Source: Caulobacteraceae bacterium
GTDB lineage: Bacteria; Pseudomonadota; Alphaproteobacteria; Caulobacterales; Caulobacteraceae
Length of the DNA stretch: 64,000 nt
Direction of reading: 5' to 3'
Assembly (NCBI GenBank): GCA_019748095.1
Contig: JAIEQA010000008.1
Span: 10,625 to 74,624, forward strand
Shown here: positions 44,366 to 53,842 of the stretch, piece after piece
Numbering within the stretch: position 1 is the stretch's first letter
How the letters are laid out: the number at the start of each line of letters is the position of its first letter
Position numbers and translations under genes: made by a program
The notes under the pieces: model-generated
What the model saw: only the letters and a program-made list of their open reading frames with translations
What the model was told of the DNA's origin: nothing
The model's database searches: none

Positions 44366-45931
44366 TCAGGGACCGACGTCGTTGGCGTCGGTCCGGCCAT
44401 CGCTGATGACCGCAGGCAGGCTGACGGCAATACCGAGCGCCTGGGCCAGACGCTGGTCGCGGCGATAGACGTCCTCGCGGAAGGCGACCCGGCCCTGGCC
44501 GTCGACGAAGGCGGTCCAGTAGAGCAGGCGCACGCTGATCTCGCGGCCGGTCTGGATGCGTTTCGTCTGGCGCGACGTCTGGGCGGCGTCGAACTCGCCG
44601 AGCAGCATGGGATCGGGAGCCAGCAGCAGGCGGGCGAACTCGACCGCGTTCTGGACCCGGACGCAGCCGTGCGAGCGCTGGCGCATCGCCAGGTTGAACG
44701 CGCCCTTGGAGGGGGTGTCGTGCAGGAAGATGGCGTAGCTGTCGCGCAGTTCGAACTTCACATAGCCGAGGGCGGCGTTGGGTCCGGCGCGCTGAATCAC
44801 CGTGCCGTTCTGGATGTACATGTTCTGGCTGGCCAGATAGGCGGGGCCGCGCGGCAGGATCTCGTTGCGGGCGATCGAGGCAGGCACATACCAGGGCGGA
44901 TTGGCCACGACCGAGGCAAAAGGTTTCTCGAGGCTCGGGGTCTGGTTGGTCGGTGATCCGACCACCACGCGGTTGGAATGAACCGGCCGGCCGTCCTTCC
45001 AGTAGACCATGATGGCGGCGGCGGTGTTGACCTCGATCCGCTCGGGATTCAGCTCGCGCTTCAGCCAGCGGCGGCGTTCCAGGTTGAGGGCGATCTGGCG
45101 GGCGCGGTCCTCGGCCGAAGCGCCGAGCGAGCTCTGGGTGCCGGCCCCGATGCGGCCGTCGGCCTCGAGCCCGTGGCGGGTCTGGAAGCCGCGCACGGCC
45201 GCCTGCAACTCGGCCCCGTAGACGAGGCCCTCGGCCGTCAGGCGTGCGCCGTCGGCAGCCGACAGATCGCCCTCGGCCACCAGTCGGGCGATCAGGGCGG
45301 GGATGCGGGTGTCGCTGGCGAAGGGCTCGAGCGTGCCCGGGCGGGGGGTGAAGCGCGGCCAGCCGCCGTCCCGAATCAGTCGGCGATAGCGAATGTAGCC
45401 GGCGGACAGGTTGGCATAGCCGATGTCGGTGGGGGCCAGGCCCTCGAACCATTCGACGATCTGGTTCCGGGCCAGGGCGTCGTTGAGGCCGACGGGCAGG
45501 TCGACCCGGTTCTTCTGCATCTCCCACAGATCCTCGACCGTCTCCGGGCGGACCCGGCCCTCGGCGAGCACGCGGGCATAGGTCAGGGTCGCAGCAGTGG
45601 TGCGCAGATCGGCGCTGTCAGGGTCGGCCGCGAGTCCGACGAAATCGAAGAAGTCGGCGCTGGACAGGCCGTGACGCTCGGCCCGCGCGGCGGCCTCGTT
45701 CAGGCGACGCAGACGGTCGGCGGTCCAGATCGGACGCCAGCCGTTGAGCTCATAGAGGGCCCGGACGTCCGGCTGAACGGTCGCGGGCAGGCGGGAGAGC
45801 TGGTCGGTGAAGGTGGCGTACCAGGCGCTGGGCGGGGCGGCCACGGCCTGTTGTGGACCGGCCTGGGCGGCGAGGGCCGGACCCGTGACCGCTGAAAGGG
45901 CAACCCCCAGAGTGAGTTCGCGTCGGTTCAT
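44366..45931 (-). CDS. L,D-transpeptidase family protein (YcbB-like) with peptidoglycan-binding domain
   Basis: Start reset to ATG 45931 (MNRRELTLGVALSAVTGPALAAQ). PG-binding repeat VRGFQTRHGLEADGRIGAGT. YkuD catalytic motif FLHDTPSKGAF....SHGCVRV. Confidence 0.85.
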   Translation of the reverse strand: MNRRELTLGVALSAVTGPALAAQAGPQQAVAAPPSAWYATFTDQLSRLPATVQPDVRALYELNGWRPIWTADRLRRLNEAAARAERHGLSSADFFDFVGLAADPDSADLRTTAATLTYARVLAEGRVRPETVEDLWEMQKNRVDLPVGLNDALARNQIVEWFEGLAPTDIGYANLSAGYIRYRRLIRDGGWPRFTPRPGTLEPFASDTRIPALIARLVAEGDLSAADGARLTAEGLVYGAELQAAVRGFQTRHGLEADGRIGAGTQSSLGASAEDRARQIALNLERRRWLKRELNPERIEVNTAAAIMVYWKDGRPVHSNRVVVGSPTNQTPSLEKPFASVVANPPWYVPASIARNEILPRGPAYLASQNMYIQNGTVIQRAGPNAALGYVKFELRDSYAIFLHDTPSKGAFNLAMRQRSHGCVRVQNAVEFARLLLAPDPMLLGEFDAAQTSRQTKRIQTGREISVRLLYWTAFVDGQGRVAFREDVYRRDQRLAQALGIAVSLPAVISDGRTDANDVGP

Positions 45932-46022
45932 CGTCGTCTTCGCCTTCGTTCGACACCGCGCGGAACCCGGCGTCCATGCCCCGGCGTCGAACTGCCGGAC
46001 AATATCGAGGTTGTAGACAAAC

Positions 46023-46049
46023 AAAAAGCGCCGGTCGCAGGACCGGCGC
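46023..46049 (-). terminator. Rho-independent terminator downstream of rpmE
   Basis: Perfect 9-bp stem GCGCCGGTC / GACCGGCGC (46028-46036, 46041-46049) with a 4-nt loop, followed on the minus strand by TTTTTGT. Confidence 0.8.
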
Positions 46050-46095
46050 TCTTCGTGATGTCTTTGCCGCAGTGATTGCGACCGACAGTCGCAGC

Positions 46096-46320
46096 CTACT
46101 TCTTGATGAAGCCGCCGAACTTGTTGTTGAAGCGCGAAACGCGGCCGCCGCGGTCCATCAGCTGCTGGTTGCCACCGGTCCAGGCCGGGTGGGTCGACGG
46201 ATCGATGTCGAGGTTCAGCGTGTCGCCTTCCTTGCCGTAGGTCGACCGGGTCTTGTAGGTCGAGCCGTCGGTCAGGGTGACGGTGATGAAGTGGTAGTCG
46301 GGGTGCGTATCCGCTTTCAT
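46096..46320 (-). CDS. rpmE: 50S ribosomal protein L31
   Basis: Start reset to ATG 46320. [60 protein letters not shown] is an unmistakable L31 (non-zinc type). Confidence 0.95.
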   Translation of the reverse strand: MKADTHPDYHFITVTLTDGSTYKTRSTYGKEGDTLNLDIDPSTHPAWTGGNQQLMDRGGRVSRFNNKFGGFIKK

Positions 46321-46452
46321 GGTCTCGGTCCGGCCTCTGCGCGATGACGATGCCGACCGTCGGTGCGCGAAAATGAGAAATCCCGCCAGACGCTCCGGCG
46401 GGAATGAGCGGCGGCGTTTACACTGCAGGGCGTTCCGGGGCAAGAGCGCGGC

Positions 46453-48312
46453 ATGACAGCCGCAACGCCGAACTTCGAGACCGCTTCCACCCCGGCGGAG
46501 GCTTCCGGCCGCCCGGGGGCCGGGGCCGTTCTGATCGAGCAGATGGGTGAGGCCGGGGCCCGGCGCGACAAGGGCAAGGATGTGCGGCCGCTGCTGCGGC
46601 TGTGGCCCTATCTGATGCAGCACAAGGTCGATGCCCTGATCGCGGGCTTCTGGTTGCTGGGCTCGACCGCCGCCTCGCTGGGACTGACGGCGACGGCGCG
46701 GGGTGCCATTGACCACGGGTTCGAGAACGGCGGGCGCGACATCGACCGCTGGTTCATCTTCCTGGGGCTGAACGCCGTGCTGCTGGGGGTCGCCACGGCG
46801 GTCCGCTATTTCTACGTCACCAAGACCGGCGAGCGGATGATCGCGGACCTGAGGAAGGGGCTGTTCGATCGGATCCTGACGCTGGACCCCGCCTTCTTCG
46901 CGCGGATGCGGACCGGGGAGGTGCTCAGTCGCCTGACCACTGACATCGCCCTGGTGGAGACCCTGCTGACGACCTCGGTGTCGTTCGCCCTGCGCAACAT
47001 CCTGACCCTGATCGGCGGCGTGGCCCTGTTGTTTATCGTCAGCCCCAAGCTAACCGGGCTGGTGTTACTGACCGCGCCGATCCTGATCGCGCCGATTTTC
47101 ATCTTCGGCAAACAGGTGCGCAAACTGACCGTGCGGTCGCAGGACCGGTTCGCCAATGCCGTGGGCTTTGCCGGAGAGAGCGTCGACGCCATCGAGACGG
47201 TGCAGGCCTTCGGGCGGGTGCGGAGCGCGGTCGAACGGTTCGGCGGGGTGGTGGAGGAGGCCTTCGGTGTCTCCCTCGTGCGGATGCGGGCCCGGGCGTG
47301 GATGACGGCTGTGGTCATTGTGGTGATCTTCGGCGGTGTCACCTTCGTGCTGTGGCTGGGAGCCCAGGACGTGGCGCGCGGGACCATGACGCCGGGGGCC
47401 CTGCTGCAGTTCGTGCTGCTGTCGGTGTTCACGGCCGGTGCCGTCGGGGCGCTGGGCGAGAGCTGGGGCGATGTGCAGAAGGCCTCGGGGGCCATGGCGC
47501 GGATCGACGAACTGATGCGGGCGCAGGCTTCCATTGCCGCGCCGGAACATCCGGTGGCCCTGCCCAGCCCGCCGGAAGGCCGCGTGGCCATGGCCGGGGT
47601 GCGGTTCGCCTATCCGGGGCGGCCCGACCTGCCGGCGCTGAAGGGGTTCGACCTGACCGTGCGTCCGGGCGAGACCGTGGCCCTGGTCGGCCCCTCGGGG
47701 GCCGGCAAGTCGACCGTGTTCCGGCTGCTGCTACGCTTCTATGACCCCCAGGACGGCGCGGTCAGCGTCGACGGCGTCGATGTGCGCACGGCCGATCCGG
47801 CCGAGGTGCGGGGACGCTTCGCCTGGGTCTCGCAGGAGGCCCCGCTGTTTTCGGGATCAGCGCTGGAAAACATCCGCTTCGGCCGGGAAGCGGCCAGCGA
47901 GGATGAGGTGCGTGAGGCCGCCACGGAGGCCCAGGCCGAGGCTTTCATCGACGCCCTGCCCGAAGGGTTCGCCACCCCGCTGGGCGAGCGCGGCAAGAGC
48001 CTGTCGGGCGGACAGCGGCAAAGGCTGGCCATCGCCCGGGCCCTGGTCCGCGATGCGCCGATCCTGTTGCTGGACGAGGCGACCAGCGCGCTGGATGCCG
48101 AGAACGAGCGGCTGGTGCAGGCGGCTCTTGATCAGGCCATGGAGGGGCGCACGACGCTGGTCATCGCCCACCGTCTGGCGACCGTGCTGCGCGCCGACCG
48201 GATCGTGGTCATGGAGAATGGCGCGGCGGTCGAGGAGGGCACGCACCACGAACTGGTGGCGAAGGGCGGGCTGTATGCCCGTCTGGCGGAGCTGCAGTTC
48301 CGGGAGGGGTGA
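46453..48312 (+). CDS. ABC transporter permease/ATP-binding fusion protein (ABCB exporter, second MsbA/Atm1-like copy)
   Basis: Six-TM exporter domain. Walker [10 protein letters not shown], signature LSGGQRQR, Walker [13 protein letters not shown]. 619 aa. Confidence 0.9.
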   Translation: MTAATPNFETASTPAEASGRPGAGAVLIEQMGEAGARRDKGKDVRPLLRLWPYLMQHKVDALIAGFWLLGSTAASLGLTATARGAIDHGFENGGRDIDRWFIFLGLNAVLLGVATAVRYFYVTKTGERMIADLRKGLFDRILTLDPAFFARMRTGEVLSRLTTDIALVETLLTTSVSFALRNILTLIGGVALLFIVSPKLTGLVLLTAPILIAPIFIFGKQVRKLTVRSQDRFANAVGFAGESVDAIETVQAFGRVRSAVERFGGVVEEAFGVSLVRMRARAWMTAVVIVVIFGGVTFVLWLGAQDVARGTMTPGALLQFVLLSVFTAGAVGALGESWGDVQKASGAMARIDELMRAQASIAAPEHPVALPSPPEGRVAMAGVRFAYPGRPDLPALKGFDLTVRPGETVALVGPSGAGKSTVFRLLLRFYDPQDGAVSVDGVDVRTADPAEVRGRFAWVSQEAPLFSGSALENIRFGREAASEDEVREAATEAQAEAFIDALPEGFATPLGERGKSLSGGQRQRLAIARALVRDAPILLLDEATSALDAENERLVQAALDQAMEGRTTLVIAHRLATVLRADRIVVMENGAAVEEGTHHELVAKGGLYARLAELQFREG

Positions 48313-48313
48313 T

Positions 48314-48483
48314 CCCTCTCCCTGCGGGAGAGGGCTTGAGGCTCGCAGAGCGAAGCGATGCGTCAGCCGAAAGGGTGAGGGGTGTTGCCCTCGCCGGTTG
48401 GCATCTGGCCCTCACCCTTTCGCGCAAGACCGATCGCCCTGACGGGCTCCCGGGCGCTCAAGCCCTCTCCCTATGGGAGAGGG
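48314..48483. repeat. MITE/REP-like nested inverted-repeat element, family 1, second full copy
   Basis: Outer arms at 48314-48340 (ccctctccctgcgggagagggcttgag) and 48457-48483 (ctcaagccctctccctatgggagaggg) are reverse complements except in the small loop. A perfect inner 14-bp pair is cgaaagggtgaggg (48368-48381) / ccctcaccctttcg (48409-48422). Abuts the ABC gene stop and overlaps the last codons of the convergent phosphodiesterase gene. Confidence 0.85.
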
Positions 48484-49493
48484 TGGTCACGCGCCGCCAC
48501 AGCCACGCCGGGGAAGTCGCTGAACACCGCGTCGACACCAAGCGCATAGAAGCGTTTCAGCCAGCCGGGCAGGTCGCTCCGGTAATCGGCGGGCAGGAAG
48601 ACGTCCTCGGCGCGGAAGGTCCACGCGACGACCTGAAGCCCGGCGGCGTGAGCGTCGGGGATCAGGGTCGTGGGGGCACCGGATGCACCCGAGGCCGTGA
48701 CGGGCACGATCATGGCCGTGTCGACCCCGATGGCGTCGGCATAGGTGGCGATCTGCGCCAGACCCGCCGGCGTGGCCATGGCGGCATAGGTCACATCCGG
48801 CTGATCGGCGGGGACACCGAGCGACCACATCAGTTGCAGCAGGGGCGCATCGGTCAGGCCGTTAAGGGCCCGCAGGGGGCCGACCTCGAAACACTGGATC
48901 AGGACGGGGCTGTCGGCCGCCATCAGGTCGTGGGCGGCGAGTACGGCGACGAGGGCGGCCTCCATCGGCAGGCCGGCGGCGGCGAAATGGGTCGGGTGTT
49001 TCAGCTCGGGAGCGACGCCGATGGTGCGCCCGGTGCGGGCGCTGCCGGCGCGGGCGATAGCGATGACCTCGGCAAAGGTGAGGATCGACTCCTCGGTGAA
49101 GGCGGTGTTGCCGGGACGCAGCGACGGCAGCCGTTCGCGGGCGCGCAGGGTCCGGAGCTCGGCGAGGGTGAAGTCCTCGGTGAACCAGCCGGTGACCGCC
49201 ATGCCGTCGATGGTGCGGGTGGTGCGGCGGTCGGCGAAGCCGGGATGGTCGGCCACGTCGGTGGTTTCGGAGATCTCGTTCTCGTGGCGGACCACCAGAT
49301 GACCGTCGCGGGTCATGACCAGATCGGGCTCGATCATGTCGGCCCCCTGATCGATGGCCAGATCATAGGCGGCGCGGGTGTGCTCGGGCCGTTCGCCGGA
49401 GGCACCGCGATGGGCGATGACGAGTGGGTCGGGCATGGCGAAGGCGGGCGACGCCGCAATGAGCAGCAGGACAGGCAGGATGAACCGGATCAT
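48471..49493 (-). CDS. Secreted glycerophosphodiester phosphodiesterase
   Basis: Start reset to ATG 49493 (MIRFILPVLLLIAASPAFA). VIAHRGASGERPEHT and EPDLVMTRDGHLVVRHE GDPD motifs. Confidence 0.85.
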   Translation of the reverse strand: MIRFILPVLLLIAASPAFAMPDPLVIAHRGASGERPEHTRAAYDLAIDQGADMIEPDLVMTRDGHLVVRHENEISETTDVADHPGFADRRTTRTIDGMAVTGWFTEDFTLAELRTLRARERLPSLRPGNTAFTEESILTFAEVIAIARAGSARTGRTIGVAPELKHPTHFAAAGLPMEAALVAVLAAHDLMAADSPVLIQCFEVGPLRALNGLTDAPLLQLMWSLGVPADQPDVTYAAMATPAGLAQIATYADAIGVDTAMIVPVTASGASGAPTTLIPDAHAAGLQVVAWTFRAEDVFLPADYRSDLPGWLKRFYALGVDAVFSDFPGVAVAARDHPLP

Positions 49494-49581
49494 CCCGGAA
49501 GGGTAGGGCGGGGCGATGACAGCCCTGTGAAGCCTCGGGGCCCTGCGGACCTGCGAGTCGGCGGTCGGCCAAGAGATCGGC

Positions 49582-50343
49582 CTACGGGGGCGGAAAGTCG
49601 TCCCAGCCCATGCTGTTGCACACGACCGTCGCAGAGCGCGCAATGCCCCGGCGGTGCAGTCGCTCGGCGCGGCCGGGGCGAAGCGGCCCGACGTCCAGAT
49701 CGGCCTGATAGGGGACGATTTCCACGTTCGGCAGGCACGAGCGCGCCATCCGCTCCTCGACGATGACCATACGTCGTTCACGCGTCAGTCCGCCCCATTC
49801 GCCGTCCAGCGCCTCGGTCGCGGTCGCATCCGCCCGTCGGTACAGCAGCCAACCGGGATGGATGTTGTTGCGGCGGGCGAAGATCATCTGTCGGTTCGCC
49901 GTCTGGATCAGCCTTCCGATGGTCTCCTCGGACTGGCCGCGTCGACGCGTGTTCGCGATCAGCATGGGGTCGAGACTGCCGTGCAGGCCGACGATGGCGC
50001 CGGGCTCGACGATCAGTCGTCCGGCCAGGGGCAGGAAGTAGTTGGCGCAGGACGAATTGCATTCATTGCGGACCCGCATCGTCAGCCGTCGGCCCTCGAA
50101 ACGTTCGGCGATATCCAGAGCCGGGCCGACCGAACCTCCGCGGCTGTCCAGAACCACTTCGCGGGTCGTCGGCTGAAGGCGCCCGGCCACGCAGTCCGCC
50201 AGCGACTGATCGATCTCGCCGCGAAGGAAAAACACGTCCGGTGTCAGCTGTCGGCAGCTCGATGCGGCCTGCGCCGGTCGCGCGGACGCCGTCAGCCAGA
50301 GTCCCACCGCCAGCAAGGCGGCGGCCCCAATCCGATGGATCAT
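49582..50343 (-). CDS. Hypothetical secreted protein with ClpP/SppA-like (COG3904-type) features
   Basis: Start reset to ATG 50343 (MIHRIGAAALLAVGLWLTASARPAQA). VVLDSRGGSVGPALDIAE and CNSSCANYFLPLAG resemble predicted periplasmic ClpP-fold proteins. Assignment is weak. Confidence 0.5.
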   Translation of the reverse strand: MIHRIGAAALLAVGLWLTASARPAQAASSCRQLTPDVFFLRGEIDQSLADCVAGRLQPTTREVVLDSRGGSVGPALDIAERFEGRRLTMRVRNECNSSCANYFLPLAGRLIVEPGAIVGLHGSLDPMLIANTRRRGQSEETIGRLIQTANRQMIFARRNNIHPGWLLYRRADATATEALDGEWGGLTRERRMVIVEERMARSCLPNVEIVPYQADLDVGPLRPGRAERLHRRGIARSATVVCNSMGWDDFPPP

Positions 50344-50423
50344 GTCGGCATCCCCCACGTTCCCGGCCCGCGCATCCTATCGGGCAAGCCTTGTCGAGGC
50401 CAAGGGGCTCCGGGCCGACCGGA

Positions 50424-51230
50424 TCAGCTGGCGTTCAGGACCTTGCGGAGCTGGGGGTGGAGTTCGGTGTTGGAGGCGAGGATGGAGACGCCGGTCTTGG
50501 GGTCGCCGTCGGGCTCGATGGTGGTGACGCTGCCGCCAGCCTCGGTGACGAACAGGATGCCCGCAGCCACGTCCCAGGGTTTCAGGTTGCGCTCGTAGTA
50601 GGCGTCGTAGCGGCCGCAGGCGACCCAGGCGAAGTCCAGCGCCGAGGAGCCGAGACGGCGGATGCCGGCGACCCGCTGGCCGATGGCGTGGATGTCCTTG
50701 ATCGACTGGGCGTGGCCCGACTTGCCGATGAAGGGCAGGCCGGTGGCGATCAGGCTTTCCGACAGGTCGCGGCGACCCGCGACGCGGATGCGCTGGTCGT
50801 TCAGATAGGCGCCCTTGCCCTTCTCGGCCCAGAACAGCTCGTTCATGATCGGGTTGTAGGTGACGCCGGCGACGATCTCGGACGATCCGTCGGGCGCATA
50901 GCGCTGCAGCCCCACCGTGATGGCGAAATGGGGCATGGCGTGCATGAAGTTGGTGGTGCCGTCGATCGGGTCGACGATCCAGGTGTGGGACTTGTCCGTC
51001 CCCTCCATCATGCCGCGCTCCTCGCCCAGGAAGCCGTAGCCGGGGCGGGCCTTCATCAGCAGTTCGTAGAGGGTGTCCTCGGCCCGGATGTCGGCGGCGG
51101 TGACGAAATCGCCCGGGCCCTTGCGCGACACCTGCAGCTCGGCGACCTCACCGAAGTCACGCAACATGGGTCGGGCGGTCTTGCGGACCGCGTCGATGAT
51201 GACGGAGACGAGGGCGGAGGCGAGGGCCAT
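50424..51230 (-). CDS. suhB: Inositol monophosphatase
   Basis: FLGEERG, WIVDPIDGTTNF and WDVAAG IMPase motifs. 268 aa. Confidence 0.9.
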   Translation of the reverse strand: MALASALVSVIIDAVRKTARPMLRDFGEVAELQVSRKGPGDFVTAADIRAEDTLYELLMKARPGYGFLGEERGMMEGTDKSHTWIVDPIDGTTNFMHAMPHFAITVGLQRYAPDGSSEIVAGVTYNPIMNELFWAEKGKGAYLNDQRIRVAGRRDLSESLIATGLPFIGKSGHAQSIKDIHAIGQRVAGIRRLGSSALDFAWVACGRYDAYYERNLKPWDVAAGILFVTEAGGSVTTIEPDGDPKTGVSILASNTELHPQLRKVLNAS

Positions 51231-51369
51231 TCGGGGGGGTGCTTTACGATGTCGGACGTCGGGAAGGACAGGAGTGAAGAGTGCCAGTGCTAGTGAGCAA
51301 GGCCTGCTTTTGCTGGCTCACCAGCACTATCACTAGCACTCCGGAGCCCGCACGGCTCCACGCAGCGGC

Positions 51370-51939
51370 CTATTCCGCGCGGCGGACGTATTCGCCGGTG
51401 GCGGTGTCGACGATGATGCGCTCGCCGGCAGACATATAGGGGGGGATCATGATGCGGACGCCGTTGTCGGCCATGGCGGGCTTGTAGGAGGACGAGGCGG
51501 TCTGGCCCTTCACGGTGGGCTCGGTCTCGGCGACGGTCAGGGTGACCTGGTCGGGCAGGCTGAGGCCGATCGGCCGGCCCTCGTGCATCTCGATGGTGAC
51601 CTTCATGCCGTCCTGCAGATAGGCGACGCGATCCTCGCCGACCCAGTCCTTCTGCAGTTCGGTCTGTTCGTAGGTCTCGTCGTCCATGAACACCAAGGCG
51701 TCGCCCTGTTCGTACAGATAGGAGAATTCCTTCTGCTCGAGGGTGACGCGCTCGACCTTGTCTTCCGAACGGAAGCGTTCGTTCAGCTTGTTGCCGGTCT
51801 CGAGGTTCTTGGCCTCGACGTTGGCGAAGGCCCCGCCCTTGCCGGGCTTGACGTGGCTGGCCTTGGTGACGACCCACAGGCCCTTGTTGTGCTCAAGCAC
51901 CATGCCGGGCTTGATGGTGTTGCCGTTGATTTTCGCCAT
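51370..51939 (-). CDS. efp: Elongation factor P
   Basis: [38 protein letters not shown]. 189 aa with three-domain EF-P length. Confidence 0.97.
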   Translation of the reverse strand: MAKINGNTIKPGMVLEHNKGLWVVTKASHVKPGKGGAFANVEAKNLETGNKLNERFRSEDKVERVTLEQKEFSYLYEQGDALVFMDDETYEQTELQKDWVGEDRVAYLQDGMKVTIEMHEGRPIGLSLPDQVTLTVAETEPTVKGQTASSSYKPAMADNGVRIMIPPYMSAGERIIVDTATGEYVRRAE

Positions 51940-52061
51940 GGATGAACCGGGGGTTGGAAGCGCAGCCGTTGGCCCTCCGAACCAGTCGGAGGGTGACGTA
52001 CGCGAAATCGGGCGCGATCCGTAGAGGAAGCCGCTGCTGAGGGCAAGGCGAGGGGGCGGGC

Positions 52062-52304
52062 TCAGACCTCCGGGTCGTCGGGCGGGTTCAGGTCGGCGGG
52101 GTCGCTGTCATAGTCCAACAGGTCCCCGGGACGGCAGCCCAGGGCGGCGCACATCCGGGCCAGGGTCGAGAAGCGGATGCCCTTGACCTTGCCCGAGCGG
52201 AACAGGGACAGCTGGGTCTCGCTGAGCCCGATCTCGGCGGCGAGGTCGCGGGCCTTCAGGCCACGGGCGACGATCAGGGCGTCCAGTGTCACGCGGACCG
52301 GCAT
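52062..52304 (-). CDS. XRE family helix-turn-helix transcriptional regulator (YozG-like)
   Basis: 80 aa. [61 protein letters not shown] is the short Cro/C1-type pattern usually paired with DUF2975. Confidence 0.85.
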   Translation of the reverse strand: MPVRVTLDALIVARGLKARDLAAEIGLSETQLSLFRSGKVKGIRFSTLARMCAALGCRPGDLLDYDSDPADLNPPDDPEV

Positions 52305-52810
52305 CAGATGATCTGGTCCAGCTCGGACTGGATGGCCCCGGCCTGATCGATGACCCGGCCGAGCAGGAACAGGGCCCCGCCGATCATGCCCAGCGTCATG
52401 CCCGCCACGTCGAAATAGGCGAAACTGCCCTGATCGCCGCCGATCAGGCGCGAGATGTTGGTGATGCCGAAGACGCTGAGCAGGCCACCGAGGCCAAGCG
52501 CGATGCCGACGTGGCGCAGGGCGCGCGACAGGACCGGCTGGATCAGACGGCCCTTTGACACCTGGCCCAGCGCCGCTCCGATCGACCAGACGGCGTAGAG
52601 ATAGAAGAGGGTGGGGGTGGTCCAGACGGCTTTTTCGATCAGGTCAACGGGGCTGACGTGGCTCGGGAATACGCCGCGCGAGAGCGCGACAGCCGGGGCG
52701 ATGACGAACATCAGGATGAGAACGGCTGCCACGCTGCAGACCATGAAGACCGCCAGCCAGCGGAACTGGCCGCACAGGCGGCGGAAACGGGCGAGATCGG
52801 AGGCGGGCAT
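52304..52810 (-). CDS. DUF2975 domain-containing membrane protein
   Basis: 168 aa, about 4 TM helices. C-terminal IDQAGAIQSELDQII resembles the conserved acidic tail of DUF2975. Its stop abuts the start of the XRE gene. Confidence 0.65.
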   Translation of the reverse strand: MPASDLARFRRLCGQFRWLAVFMVCSVAAVLILMFVIAPAVALSRGVFPSHVSPVDLIEKAVWTTPTLFYLYAVWSIGAALGQVSKGRLIQPVLSRALRHVGIALGLGGLLSVFGITNISRLIGGDQGSFAYFDVAGMTLGMIGGALFLLGRVIDQAGAIQSELDQII

Positions 52811-52828
52811 GGCGCGGTTTTCCTGTCT

Positions 52829-52853
52829 GATCTTTAATCTTGACTTAAAGATC
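52829..52853. promoter_or_regulatory. Perfect palindromic operator candidate GATCTTTAA-N7-TTAAAGATC (also a TTAA-N7-TTAA CtrA-box match)
   Basis: The 9-nt arms at 52829-52837 and 52845-52853 are exact reverse complements. AT-rich in a GC-rich genome. Sits in the 90-bp divergent spacer between the DUF2975/XRE operon (start 52810) and the ABC-2 transporter operon (start 52901). Confidence 0.6.
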
Positions 52854-52900
52854 GCGCCTTCGCAACTTTATGTCAGAGTTAAACGGGAAGGGGCGAGGGA

Positions 52901-53842
52901 ATGGTCGAGGCCGTGGAGACGGAGGGGCTGACGCGGCGGTTCGGCCGGCATCTGGCCGTGGACCGGCTGTCGATGCGGGTGCCGGAAGGCGCGATCTATG
53001 GCTTTCTCGGACGCAATGGCGCGGGCAAGACCACGACGCTGAAGATGCTGCTGGGGCTGCTGTCGCCGACGGCGGGGTCGGCGCGGATCTGCGGGATCGA
53101 TGTCGCGCGTGACCGGATCGGGGCGGCGCGCAAAGTCGGGGCCCTGCTGGAGGCGCATGGATTCTACGCCAACCTGACCGGGCGCGAGAACCTCGACCTG
53201 ACCCGGACCCTGCTGGGGCTGGCGGGGTCCGAGATCGACCGGGTGCTGGAGGTGGTGGACCTGACGGACAATGCCCGGCGGCGGGTGTCGGACTATTCGC
53301 TGGGGATGCGCCAGAGGCTGGGACTGGCCCGGGCCATGCTGGGGGCCCCGCCGGTGCTGATTCTGGATGAGCCGACCAACGGGCTGGACCCGGACGGGAT
53401 CGCCGACATGCGGGGCTTTCTGAAGACCCTGCCGGAACGCACGGGCGCGACCGTGCTGCTGTCCAGCCATCTGCTGGGCGAGATCGAACAGACCGCGATC
53501 CATATCGGCATCGTCAACGAGGGCCGGCTGGTGCTGGACGGAGAACTGGCCCGGCTCAAGGCGGAGATGGCCCCGGAGATCGGGCTGCGCGTGAATGATC
53601 CGGACCGGGCAAGCGCGGTGCTGAGACGCCACGACCTGACGCTGGGGCGGGACGCGGAGGGGCTGGTCGTGCGGCTGCGGCCCGGGATCGACCATGACAC
53701 CGCCACGGCGGCCCTGAACCGCGATCTGGTCGAGGCGGGGGTGCAGGTCTTCGCCATCGGCCCGCGCAGCCCGTCGCTGGAAGGCCTCTATCGCAGCGTC
53801 ACCGCGCCGTCCTCGGCGGCCCGCCAACCGGAGACTGTCTGA
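52901..53842 (+). CDS. ABC transporter ATP-binding protein (ABC-2 / bacitracin-lantibiotic export type)
   Basis: Walker A GRNGAGKTT, signature YSLGMRQRL, Walker B LILDEPTNGLD. GAGGGA upstream of the ATG. Confidence 0.9.
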   Translation: MVEAVETEGLTRRFGRHLAVDRLSMRVPEGAIYGFLGRNGAGKTTTLKMLLGLLSPTAGSARICGIDVARDRIGAARKVGALLEAHGFYANLTGRENLDLTRTLLGLAGSEIDRVLEVVDLTDNARRRVSDYSLGMRQRLGLARAMLGAPPVLILDEPTNGLDPDGIADMRGFLKTLPERTGATVLLSSHLLGEIEQTAIHIGIVNEGRLVLDGELARLKAEMAPEIGLRVNDPDRASAVLRRHDLTLGRDAEGLVVRLRPGIDHDTATAALNRDLVEAGVQVFAIGPRSPSLEGLYRSVTAPSSAARQPETV

